Shown piece after piece: positions 8,434 through 16,747 of a stretch of DNA of 42,436 bases (position 1 is the first letter of the stretch; each line of letters begins with the position of its first letter). Location: positions 1-42,436 of the forward strand of contig CAZTOE010000004.1 of assembly GCA_964615045.1 (NCBI GenBank), read 5' to 3'. The notes under the pieces are model-generated. The model did not search any database. It was not told the DNA's origin and saw nothing but the letters and a program-made list of their open reading frames with translations. The position numbers and the translations under genes were made by a program. Origin of the DNA: an uncultured Spirochaetales bacterium. Lineage in GTDB: Bacteria; Myxococcota_A; UBA9160; PR03.

Positions 8434-9885
8434 ATGTCCTACGCGTTCTGGTCGGCGATCGAGCTCGCGCGCGAGTTGCGGGCGAAGAAGCTCAGCTCCC
8501 GCGAGCTCACCGAATTCTATCTTCGCCGCATCGAGAAATACGATCCCGCCATCAACGCGGTGGTGGTGCGCGACTTCGAGCGCGCCCTCGCTGCGGCCGA
8601 TCGCGCCGACGCGGCGCTGGCGCGCGGCGAGAGTCTGGGTCCCCTTCACGGCATTCCCATGACGATCAAGGAGGCCTACGACGTCGAAGGGCTGCCCACG
8701 ACCTGGGGGATTCCCGCCTTCGCGAAGCGTCGGGCGAGCTCCGACGCCGCCGTCGTCCAAAGCTTCCGGCGCGCGGGCGCGCACCTTCTCGGCAAGACCA
8801 ACGTTCCTATCCATCTCGCCGACTTCCAGAGTTACAACGAGATCTATGGCACCACGAACAACCCTTGGAATCCCGAACGCACGCCGGGCGGTTCATCGGG
8901 GGGTTCGTCGGCGGCCCTCGCCGCGGGACTGTGCGCCCTCGAAAGTGGTTCGGATATCGGGGGTTCGATTCGCAATCCGGCACATTTTTGTGGGGTGTAT
9001 GGACACAAGCCTACCTATGGTGTGGTACCGATCCAGGGTCACAGCCTGCCCGGGATGGTCGCGGCGCCCGACATCGCCGTCGTGGGTCCGATGGCGCGAA
9101 GCGCCGAGGATCTGGCGCTTTCCCTCGAGCTCATGGCGGGGGCCGACGCGTTCCACGCCCGGGGCTGGCGACTCGCCCTCCGCCGCCCCGAGAAGACCTC
9201 CCTCGCGGGTTACCGCGTGGCGGTCTGGCCCACTGATCCGGTGTGTCCCGTGAGTACGGCGGTGGCCGACCGCGTGCAGGTGCTCGCCGATCGACTGGCG
9301 CGTCTGGGCGCCAGCGTCTCCGACCGCGCCCGTCCGCCCTTCGACCCGATCGAGAGCCACCGTATCTACGGCGCCATGCTGCACGGACAGCTTTCGGCAG
9401 GCGTTGCCGACGAAGCCTTTGACAAGCTGAGCGAGGCCGCGAAGACGCTCGACCCGAGCGACCCGTCGGAACGGGCCCTCGCGCTCCGCGGCACCGTCCA
9501 GTCCCATCGCGACTGGGTCCGCGCCACCCACCGCCGGGCCCGGCTTCGCCAGCAGTGGACCGCCTTCTTCGAAGACTGGGATGTGCTGCTGTGCCCGCAG
9601 ATGCCTACGACCGCGTTCCCCCACGACCATCGCGAGTTCGGCGAGCGCAGGATCGAGGTCGACGGCAAGGCGTTGGAGTACTTCCGGCAGGTTTTCTGGG
9701 CGGGCCTCGTGACCGTGGCCTATCTGCCCAGCACCGTCTTCCCGACCGGGGTGTCCGCCGACGGGCTCCCGATCGGCATTCAGGCGGTGAGCGCCGAATT
9801 CAACGACTACGTCTGCATCGACTTTGCGAGGCTCATGGCCCGGGAGATCGGCGGCTTCGAGGCGCCTCCGGGCTACGAGAACTGA
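8434..9885 (+). CDS. amidase (amidase-signature family)
   Basis: 483 aa. AS-family core GGSSGGSSAALAAGLCALESGSDIGGSIRNPA and catalytic-Lys region HGIPMTIKEAYDVEG. Confidence 0.9.
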   Translation: MSYAFWSAIELARELRAKKLSSRELTEFYLRRIEKYDPAINAVVVRDFERALAAADRADAALARGESLGPLHGIPMTIKEAYDVEGLPTTWGIPAFAKRRASSDAAVVQSFRRAGAHLLGKTNVPIHLADFQSYNEIYGTTNNPWNPERTPGGSSGGSSAALAAGLCALESGSDIGGSIRNPAHFCGVYGHKPTYGVVPIQGHSLPGMVAAPDIAVVGPMARSAEDLALSLELMAGADAFHARGWRLALRRPEKTSLAGYRVAVWPTDPVCPVSTAVADRVQVLADRLARLGASVSDRARPPFDPIESHRIYGAMLHGQLSAGVADEAFDKLSEAAKTLDPSDPSERALALRGTVQSHRDWVRATHRRARLRQQWTAFFEDWDVLLCPQMPTTAFPHDHREFGERRIEVDGKALEYFRQVFWAGLVTVAYLPSTVFPTGVSADGLPIGIQAVSAEFNDYVCIDFARLMAREIGGFEAPPGYEN

Positions 9886-9900
9886 GGCGCGGCGAACGAA

Positions 9901-11865
9901 TCAAATCAGCTCGGGGTCGGCCGCGATCTCGACGAGGCTCGGCCCGGGGGAAGCGATCGCCTGGGCCAGTGCGCCGTCGAGCTGATCCGGCTCGTGCACC
10001 TCGAGACCCAGCGCGCCGGAGATCCGCGCGTACTCGGCGAAGCTCGGGTTGTGGAGCGCGGTCTGCCAGACCTCCCAGTTTCCCGCGCGCTGCTCCTTGC
10101 TGATCTTGCCGAGCTCATCGTTGCGCAAAAGGACGTGGGTGAGATCCATGCCGTACTTCACAGCCGTGAGGAGCTCACCCATGTACTGGGCGAAGCCGCC
10201 GTCGCCGGAGATCGCGATCACCTTGCGACCGCGGAAGCGCCGATCCTCCTCCTGCGTGGCGGCCCACGCTCCGAGCGCCGCCGGCAGCGCGAAGCCGATC
10301 GAGCCGAGGTAGCCCGACATCAGCACGGCCTGCCTCTCGCATTCGAAATAGCGGCCGAAGGAGTAGGTGTTGTTGCCCACATCGACGGCCAGGATCGCGT
10401 CCTCGGGAACCTGGCGCGTGAGCGCGGCGAAAATCGACGCGGAGTTGATCCCCCGCCCGCGATGGTCCGCTTCGCGACTGCGCTTCTCGGCGCGCCAGAT
10501 CTCCCAGCGCTTCGCGATCTCGGGGAGCTGGTCCTCTGCGCAAACGTCGTCCTCGAGCCTCGGCTGCAAAGCGTCGAGCGTCGCCGCGATCTCACCCCAT
10601 ACGGGTACGTCCACCGCGTGGAACTTGCCGAGCGTCATCGCATCGAAGTCGACCTGGATGGTGGGTTTCTTGGGCGTGATCCCGGTGTGGTTGCTGAAGC
10701 TCGCGCCGAGCACCAAAAGCGCATCCGATTCGTTCATGAAATGGCTGGCGATGGGCGTGCCGCTGCGGCCGAGCACCCCGCAGCCGTGCGGATCGCGGTC
10801 CGAAACCAGGCCCTTGCCCTTGAAGGTGGTGATGACCGGGCAGCGAAGCCGCGTGGCCAGGCGGACCACCGCGGGCATGTCGAAGCGCGCCCCGTGGCCG
10901 ACGATGATGACGGGCCGCCTCGCCGCGGCGAGAAGATCGCCGGCGGCCCCCAAAGCGTCCGCCGGCGGCGCGATCGCGCGAGCCGCCAGGCGGCCATCCG
11001 GCCGGCCCGGCTTGGCGCTCTCGGGAGCCTCGAGCGTCTGCACCTCGTCGGGAAAGATCAAATGCGAGACGCCGCGGTTCAGGATCGCGCTCTTGCAAGC
11101 CAGATTGACCAGCTCAGCGTGGCGGCTGGTGGCGAGGACGGGCTGCGTCCACTGGGCGACCTTTCCGAAGGCCGCCTGCAGGTCCACCTCCTGGAAGGCG
11201 CCCGGGCCCAGCACCTGGGTATCCACCTGACCTGTCAGCGCGACCACCGGAGAGCGATCGACATTGGCATCCCACAGGCCGGTCAACAGGTTGGTGGCGC
11301 CGGGCCCGGCAATGGTCAAGCAGGCAGCCGGGCGCCCGGTGAGCTTTCCGTAGGCCGAGCACGCGAACGAGGCCGCCCCCTCGTGGCGAATTCCGAACGA
11401 GCGCAGCCGTCCCAACTCTTCCTGGCGCCGCAGGGCGTCGGCGAGCCCCAGATTCGAGTGGCCGACCATCCCGAAGATGACCCGCACCCCCCAGTTGGTG
11501 AGCGTTTCGGCCATGAGGTCGCTGACCGTGGGCCGATGAGCGGCGGCCTCGGGAATCGCCACGTAGACGCCGTCCTCCCGCTCTTCGACCGGGTAGGTTT
11601 TGACGCCGTCGTCGTAGCCGCCGGGGGGGAGGCCGGTCAGGGGATCGAAATCCCAGCCGTGCCACGGGCAGCGCAGCAGCCCGTTCTCGATCGATCCCTC
11701 GCCGAGCGGGCCGCCCTGGTGGGGGCATGCGTTGTCGAGCCCGGCGTAGCGACCCTGATGGTGCGTCATGCAAACGGTCACGCCACCGCAGGTGACGGCC
11801 TTGACGCGGCTCTCGGGCAGCTCTCGCGGGTCGAGAGCCTTGTACCAGCGGCGGGGAGTCGGCAT
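9901..11865 (-). CDS. fusion protein: N-terminal Rieske [2Fe-2S] ferredoxin-like domain plus pyruvate-oxidase/acetolactate-synthase-like thiamine-diphosphate enzyme
   Basis: 654 aa, ATG with SD AGGAG. The first roughly 105 aa (about 11551..11865) carry CPHQGGPL..(17 aa)..CPWHGWDFD, the Rieske CxH/CxxH ligand pair. The rest has TPP-enzyme blocks: IFGMVGHSNLGLADAL, IRHEGAASFACSAYGKLTG, TIAGPGATNLLTGLWDA, and the TPP-binding motif ISGDGGFAQYMGELLTAVKYGMDLTHVLLRNDELG. Confidence 0.85.
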   Translation of the reverse strand: MPTPRRWYKALDPRELPESRVKAVTCGGVTVCMTHHQGRYAGLDNACPHQGGPLGEGSIENGLLRCPWHGWDFDPLTGLPPGGYDDGVKTYPVEEREDGVYVAIPEAAAHRPTVSDLMAETLTNWGVRVIFGMVGHSNLGLADALRRQEELGRLRSFGIRHEGAASFACSAYGKLTGRPAACLTIAGPGATNLLTGLWDANVDRSPVVALTGQVDTQVLGPGAFQEVDLQAAFGKVAQWTQPVLATSRHAELVNLACKSAILNRGVSHLIFPDEVQTLEAPESAKPGRPDGRLAARAIAPPADALGAAGDLLAAARRPVIIVGHGARFDMPAVVRLATRLRCPVITTFKGKGLVSDRDPHGCGVLGRSGTPIASHFMNESDALLVLGASFSNHTGITPKKPTIQVDFDAMTLGKFHAVDVPVWGEIAATLDALQPRLEDDVCAEDQLPEIAKRWEIWRAEKRSREADHRGRGINSASIFAALTRQVPEDAILAVDVGNNTYSFGRYFECERQAVLMSGYLGSIGFALPAALGAWAATQEEDRRFRGRKVIAISGDGGFAQYMGELLTAVKYGMDLTHVLLRNDELGKISKEQRAGNWEVWQTALHNPSFAEYARISGALGLEVHEPDQLDGALAQAIASPGPSLVEIAADPELI

Positions 11866-11939
11866 GGGATGCTCCTGGGTGGGTCGGGGCTACGGGATGC
11901 CCACGCGGTCGCGCCCTCGCGCCAGCTCGGAACCGGGGC

Positions 11940-12287
11940 TCATCCGTGGTAGAAGGTCTCCCGCACGATCCGGCCATCCCGCCAGACCTGAAGCGCGACC
12001 TGGTGTTGGCGCGTGCGCTCGCCCCCCTTCGGCGTGAGGTCGAAGGTCCACTCGACGGCGGCGCGATCGCCGTCCACCAGCACTTCTCCCACCGAGGCGC
12101 CGTGGAAGGTGACGTTGGCGAGAAAGGCCTCTTCGTAGGCGCGGTTCGCCGCCTTGCCGACGCGTTCGTCGGCGCCGTTCTCGCTCATCACCACGTCGTC
12201 CCCGTAGTAGCGGTCAAAGGTCTCCAGGATCTCGCCCTTCAGGATCCCGTCGATGACGGCCTGCACTTCACTGCGGATACTCACCAT
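11940..12287 (-). CDS. SnoaL-like / NTF2-fold protein
   Basis: Trimmed to ATG 12287 (SD GGAGG, 5-nt spacer). 115 aa of typical NTF2-like size and pattern (FDRYYGDDVVMSENG..VEWTFDLT..VWRDGRIVRETFY). Confidence 0.6.
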   Translation of the reverse strand: MVSIRSEVQAVIDGILKGEILETFDRYYGDDVVMSENGADERVGKAANRAYEEAFLANVTFHGASVGEVLVDGDRAAVEWTFDLTPKGGERTRQHQVALQVWRDGRIVRETFYHG

Positions 12288-12870
12288 TGTCCTCCGATGC
12301 CTTCCGGCCGTCGTGGGTTCGAAATTCACCCATTTTCGCCTCGACTCGGCTGGCTCGAAGCATGGCAAAGGGAAGATGCCAGACCACCACCCCGACCCAG
12401 AGAAATGTCCGCCCGGGCCTCGGACGCGCGAGAGGTCGGTCGAGGTTGAGGTCGACGCCCAGACCGACGAGCGCGCTGCCGACGACCCACAGGAGTCCGC
12501 CCGCGAACAGGACCCACCGATCGCGGCTGACGCCTTGGGGGTTCGTGGCCAGCGCCAGAGCGGTCAGCGCTGCGCCCGCGCCGAACCCCGCGAGCGCACA
12601 CGCGCGACTCGCGTCCCCGAGCGGGTAGTAGAGCGAGACCGCCCCGTAGAAAGCCAGCCCCCACACTGTGAGCGACACCGCGCTCCGAACCCACCAACGC
12701 CGCGCCAGCGCGGGCCACGCCAGCGTGGCGAACGCCAGCCCTGGCACCGTAAGCAGCGCGCCGCGCCGCCACGGGTCCAAGGTCTGCAGCGCGGCAGCGA
12801 GCGCGGCCCCGGCGATCAAACTGGCGCCGAGCACGGCTCCCAGCGCCGCGATGCGTCGGCCGTGCGTCAC
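12268..12870 (-). CDS. integral membrane protein (about 6 TM), function unknown
   Basis: 200 aa, GTG start with SD GGAGGA. It is hydrophobic throughout, and its 3' end overlaps the next gene's start by 20 nt (operon-like). Confidence 0.5.
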   Translation of the reverse strand: MTHGRRIAALGAVLGASLIAGAALAAALQTLDPWRRGALLTVPGLAFATLAWPALARRWWVRSAVSLTVWGLAFYGAVSLYYPLGDASRACALAGFGAGAALTALALATNPQGVSRDRWVLFAGGLLWVVGSALVGLGVDLNLDRPLARPRPGRTFLWVGVVVWHLPFAMLRASRVEAKMGEFRTHDGRKASEDNGEYPQ

Positions 12871-13103
12871 GAGTAGCGGGTCCTCCGAGGTTCGCTCGGG
12901 GGCGTCATGGATCGCCTCTAGAGACCAGGATGGCGCATCGGCGATCCGGCTCTGAGCGAGATAAGATAGGGCGCCCGGGCAGGAGGAGTGCGATGGCCGA
13001 CGTCAGCTTCAAGGGTCCGGGCGGCATCGCCTGCGTGGCGCCCCACGGGTCCCACGACGGGGAGCGGCGGTGAAACACCGCCGCCCGACTGCCTAGGCGG
13101 AAC

Positions 13104-14363
13104 ATGCAATACGAAACGCTGATCGACGTCGAGCAATGCACCGTGCACCCGCGCGCGTTCTTCGACCCGGACGTGTACGAGGCAGAGCAAGACCGGGTGT
13201 TCGGCCACCAGTGGCTCTGCATTGGGCACGAGTCACAGCTCCCGGAACCCGGCGACTTCCTGACCACCACGATGGGCGAAGAATCGGTCCTGGTCGTGCG
13301 GGATCCCAAGCGGCGGATTCGGGTGTTCCTCAATTCCTGCCGACACCGCGGAACCCGGGTGTGCCGGGTGGACTCGGGCCGCGCGCGCAACTTCATGTGT
13401 CCCTATCACGGCTGGACCTACGATACCGAAGGGCGCCTGCGCGGCGTGCCCCAGCTTCGCGAGGCATACCACGAGGAACTCGACCGCGATGCGTGGTCGC
13501 TTGTCGAGGTACCGCGGGTGGAATCCTTCCGCGGACTGCTCTTTGCGAACTTCGACGCCGAGGCCGTCTCCCTGGACGACCATCTGGGCGACATGAAGTG
13601 GTATCTCGACCTCGTGCTCCACCGCTCGCGGGGGGGCACCGTCGCGCTGCCGGGGGTGCACCGCTGGCGCCTCGGCGGGAACTGGAAGCTCGCCGCGGAG
13701 CAGTTCGGCGGCGACAACTACCACACCGGCGCGTTGCATCAGAGCATGATCAAGATCGGGCTGGGGCCGAGCGGCGACTACCGGGGCGATCGCCCCTGGG
13801 AAGTCGATTTCGAGGCGAAGCTCGAAGGCGGCCACGGTTGGATCAACTTCGACGTCCCGATCGGCGAGTTGCCGCCCCCGGTCGAAAAATGGATGGAGAC
13901 GGTGCGGCGCGAGGCCCGCGAAACGCTGGCCCCGGAGCAACAGGGGCTGGTGCACGGCATTCAGGTCGGAACCGTATTCCCCAACCTCTCGATTCTGGCC
14001 TTTCTGGGGTTCGTGACGATCCGCGTGTGGCATCCGCGCGGGCCGCGCGCGATAGAGGTTTGGTCCTACGGGCTGATCGAACGCGACGCTCCCCCGGAGG
14101 TGCGCGAGTTCGCCCGCAAGATGCAGACCCTCACATTCTCGTCCTCGGGCATCTTCGAGCAAGACGACGGGGCCGTCTGGGGCGACGTGGTGGACAGCCT
14201 CTCCGGAGCGCAGCGCCGCCACTATCCCCTCAACTATTCGATGGGTCATGGCCACGGCCGCCGGAAGCCGGGCCGGCCGGGGTTGCTCCACACCCTCTCG
14301 ACCGAGATCGGTGTCTTCGGGTTCTACGAGTACTGGCGCCGGTGCATGGCGAAGCCGACATGA
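13104..14363 (+). CDS. Rieske non-heme-iron ring-hydroxylating oxygenase, alpha (large) subunit
   Basis: 419 aa. Rieske motif CRHRGTRVC..(17 aa)..CPYHGWTYD and mononuclear-iron region NYHTGALHQS. Confidence 0.9.
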   Translation: MQYETLIDVEQCTVHPRAFFDPDVYEAEQDRVFGHQWLCIGHESQLPEPGDFLTTTMGEESVLVVRDPKRRIRVFLNSCRHRGTRVCRVDSGRARNFMCPYHGWTYDTEGRLRGVPQLREAYHEELDRDAWSLVEVPRVESFRGLLFANFDAEAVSLDDHLGDMKWYLDLVLHRSRGGTVALPGVHRWRLGGNWKLAAEQFGGDNYHTGALHQSMIKIGLGPSGDYRGDRPWEVDFEAKLEGGHGWINFDVPIGELPPPVEKWMETVRREARETLAPEQQGLVHGIQVGTVFPNLSILAFLGFVTIRVWHPRGPRAIEVWSYGLIERDAPPEVREFARKMQTLTFSSSGIFEQDDGAVWGDVVDSLSGAQRRHYPLNYSMGHGHGRRKPGRPGLLHTLSTEIGVFGFYEYWRRCMAKPT

Positions 14364-14866
14364 GCGAGACCGACGCACGGGCGCTGCGCTTCGAGTTCGA
14401 GGAGCTCCTGTACCGGGAGGCCGCGTGGCTCGACGAAGGCCGGTTCGAGGAATGGCTCGAGCTCTTCGACAGCACCGTCCGCTACTGGGCACCGGTGCGG
14501 GAGAATGTCCCGCGTGGCGAAGAGCCGCTCGAAGAGTTGCACCGCCTCACCCACTTCGAGGACGACAAGGGAAACCTCGAGCTCCGCGTCAAGCGGTTGC
14601 GGACCGGTTTCGCCCACGCCGAAGAGCCCCCGTCACGCACCCGTCACTTCGTCACCAACGTACGGGTGCTGGATGGTGATGACTCGGATCGGGTGTCGGT
14701 CGCGTCGAACCTCCTGGTGTTTCGCAGTCGGGAGCGGCGCGACGAAGTGCTCTTCTCCTGCGATCGTCGCGATCGTTGGCGCCGCACGCAGGCGGGATGG
14801 CGCTGCGAGGAGCGCCGCATCCTCTTCGACCACGATGTGATCGAGAGCCTCACGGTCCTCTTCTAG
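14360..14866 (+). CDS. ring-hydroxylating oxygenase beta (small) subunit (NTF2-like)
   Basis: The ATG at 14360 overlaps the alpha-subunit stop (ATGA). 168 aa: MSETDARALRFEFEELLYREAAWLDEGRFEEWLELFDSTVRYWAP..LRVKRL. This is the typical beta-subunit pattern. In the track it is hidden as the tail of ORF 13136..14866. Confidence 0.85.
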   Translation: MSETDARALRFEFEELLYREAAWLDEGRFEEWLELFDSTVRYWAPVRENVPRGEEPLEELHRLTHFEDDKGNLELRVKRLRTGFAHAEEPPSRTRHFVTNVRVLDGDDSDRVSVASNLLVFRSRERRDEVLFSCDRRDRWRRTQAGWRCEERRILFDHDVIESLTVLF

Positions 14867-14875
14867 GAGTGCGCT

Positions 14876-15685
14876 TTGGACGTCACGATCCGAGAACTCT
14901 TCGACCTGAGCGAACGGGTGGCCCTGGTGACGGGAGCCGCCAAGGGCATCGGTGAGGGCATCGCCGACAACCTCGCCCGCGCCGGCGCCGCCGTCGCCGT
15001 CGCCGACGTGGACATCCAGACGGCGCGCGCCACGGCGAAGGACCTCTGCGCTTCGGGCGCCCGCGCGACCGCGGTCGAAGCGGACCTCGGGGACGAAGCG
15101 AGCATCGCGGCAATGGTGGAAGCGACGATCGGAGCCTACGGGCGCCTGGACATCCTGGTCAACAATGCCGCCATCTATCCGATGAGTTCGATCGCCGAAC
15201 TCACCACCGAGCTCTGGGACCGCGTGCTCGGGGTCAATCTCCGCGGCGTCTTCCTGGCCACGCGGACCGCCCTCCCCCACCTCAAGGCGGCGGCGCCGGG
15301 TGCGCGGATCATCAATATTTCGTCGATCAACACCGCCAAGAGCTACGTCGGCATGCCACACTACGACGCCAGCAAGGGCGGCCTTGAAGCTTTCACGCGC
15401 TCGTGCGCACTGGAGTTCGCCGCCGAGGGCATCACGGCCAACGTGATCGCTCCGGGAGCCGTCAAGACGCCGGGGTCGCTGACAGTGCGCGGCCGCCTCG
15501 CCCAGGAACGCGGAGACGCGAGCACCGACGCCGTCGACGCCGAGTTCGCGAGCCGTATCCCAGCGGGCGACTGGGCTTCTCCGGACGAGATCGGCCGCTC
15601 CGTGTTGCTGCTCGCGAGCCGCGCCGCCGACTACATCACCGGGCAGACGATCTACGTCGACGGCGGTCTCAAGCTCACCATCTAG
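14876..15685 (+). CDS. short-chain dehydrogenase/reductase (SDR)
   Basis: 269 aa, TTG start 6 nt after AGGAG. TGAAKGIG cofactor motif, NNAA, and catalytic Y..xK in HYDASKGG. Confidence 0.9.
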   Translation: MDVTIRELFDLSERVALVTGAAKGIGEGIADNLARAGAAVAVADVDIQTARATAKDLCASGARATAVEADLGDEASIAAMVEATIGAYGRLDILVNNAAIYPMSSIAELTTELWDRVLGVNLRGVFLATRTALPHLKAAAPGARIINISSINTAKSYVGMPHYDASKGGLEAFTRSCALEFAAEGITANVIAPGAVKTPGSLTVRGRLAQERGDASTDAVDAEFASRIPAGDWASPDEIGRSVLLLASRAADYITGQTIYVDGGLKLTI

Positions 15686-15700
15686 AACGAGGAGAGCGCA

Positions 15701-16723
15701 ATGCCCCTGCCCTACGCGAAAGCAGAGGCCCGAGCCTGGGCCCGCGAGAACCTGCACGGCGTCGCCAATGTGTTGACGCCGACCTTTACCAGCGATCTCG
15801 CCGGGCTGAACGCCGAAGCGGTACGACACGACGTGCGGCTGGAGCTCGAGTACGGCTTTGCGGGCGCGCTGCTCGTCGCGGAGACCGCCACGACCCTCGA
15901 CGAGTACCTGGAGTTCGCCGGGTGGGCCGCCGACGAAGCCCAGGGGCGCCTGCACTTGATCCACCACGCCAGCTTCAACACCCTCGACGAAAACATCGAG
16001 GCCGCACGGCGTGCCGGCGACGCGGGTGCGGACCTGGTCCTGCTCGCGTATCCGCCAACCTTTTATCCGCGCAGCGAAGAAGAGCTCTACGGGTACACCG
16101 CGGCCTTCTGCAAGGCCGTGGATCTCGCGGTGATTCTGTTCCCGGTCCCGCTCTGGGGCTTCGAGCGCATTCATCCTGCGGCCGGCTTCGGCCCCGATCT
16201 CCTCGAGCGCCTGATCGACGACCTCCCGAATATCGTCGCGGTCAAAGCCGAGGGCGGCATGCCCTGGATCGGTGGCTTCGTCCATGCGTACCAGCGGGTG
16301 GGCGACCGCGTACTGGTCACCGAGCCCCTGGAAGGCAACGGCATTCCCATGGCTTCGCTGCTCCCGATGCCGTTCATGGGGACGAGCAACTACGAGTATT
16401 TCGGAGACGTCGTGCCGCGCATGTTCGCACTGGTTCGCGACGGCGATTCCGAAGCGGCCATGGAGCTCTACTGGCGCATCCACCCGGGTCGCCAGGCCAA
16501 TCTCCAGGCGATGTCGATGTTGGCCGGGAGCAATTTTCTGCATCGCATGTTGTGGAAGTACCAGGGCTGGCTGCAGGGCTTCAATGGGGGCCCGCTGCGG
16601 GCGCCGACCATGCGGCTCACCGACCGCCAGATGAAGGGCTTGCGCCAGGGCCTGGTCGCCAGTGGATTCGACCTGGAAGATCTCCCCGACTCGGAATTCT
16701 TTCTCGGCAGAAACCCCAAATAG
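15701..16723 (+). CDS. dihydrodipicolinate-synthase-family (class I aldolase-like) protein
   Basis: 340 aa, SD GAGGAGAG. DHDPS/NAL-like layout with a candidate Schiff-base Lys in NIVAVKAEGG. It is longer than canonical DapA, so its specificity is unknown. Confidence 0.7.
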   Translation: MPLPYAKAEARAWARENLHGVANVLTPTFTSDLAGLNAEAVRHDVRLELEYGFAGALLVAETATTLDEYLEFAGWAADEAQGRLHLIHHASFNTLDENIEAARRAGDAGADLVLLAYPPTFYPRSEEELYGYTAAFCKAVDLAVILFPVPLWGFERIHPAAGFGPDLLERLIDDLPNIVAVKAEGGMPWIGGFVHAYQRVGDRVLVTEPLEGNGIPMASLLPMPFMGTSNYEYFGDVVPRMFALVRDGDSEAAMELYWRIHPGRQANLQAMSMLAGSNFLHRMLWKYQGWLQGFNGGPLRAPTMRLTDRQMKGLRQGLVASGFDLEDLPDSEFFLGRNPK

Positions 16724-16747
16724 CCTCGTCCGCTTGAGACCCACGCC

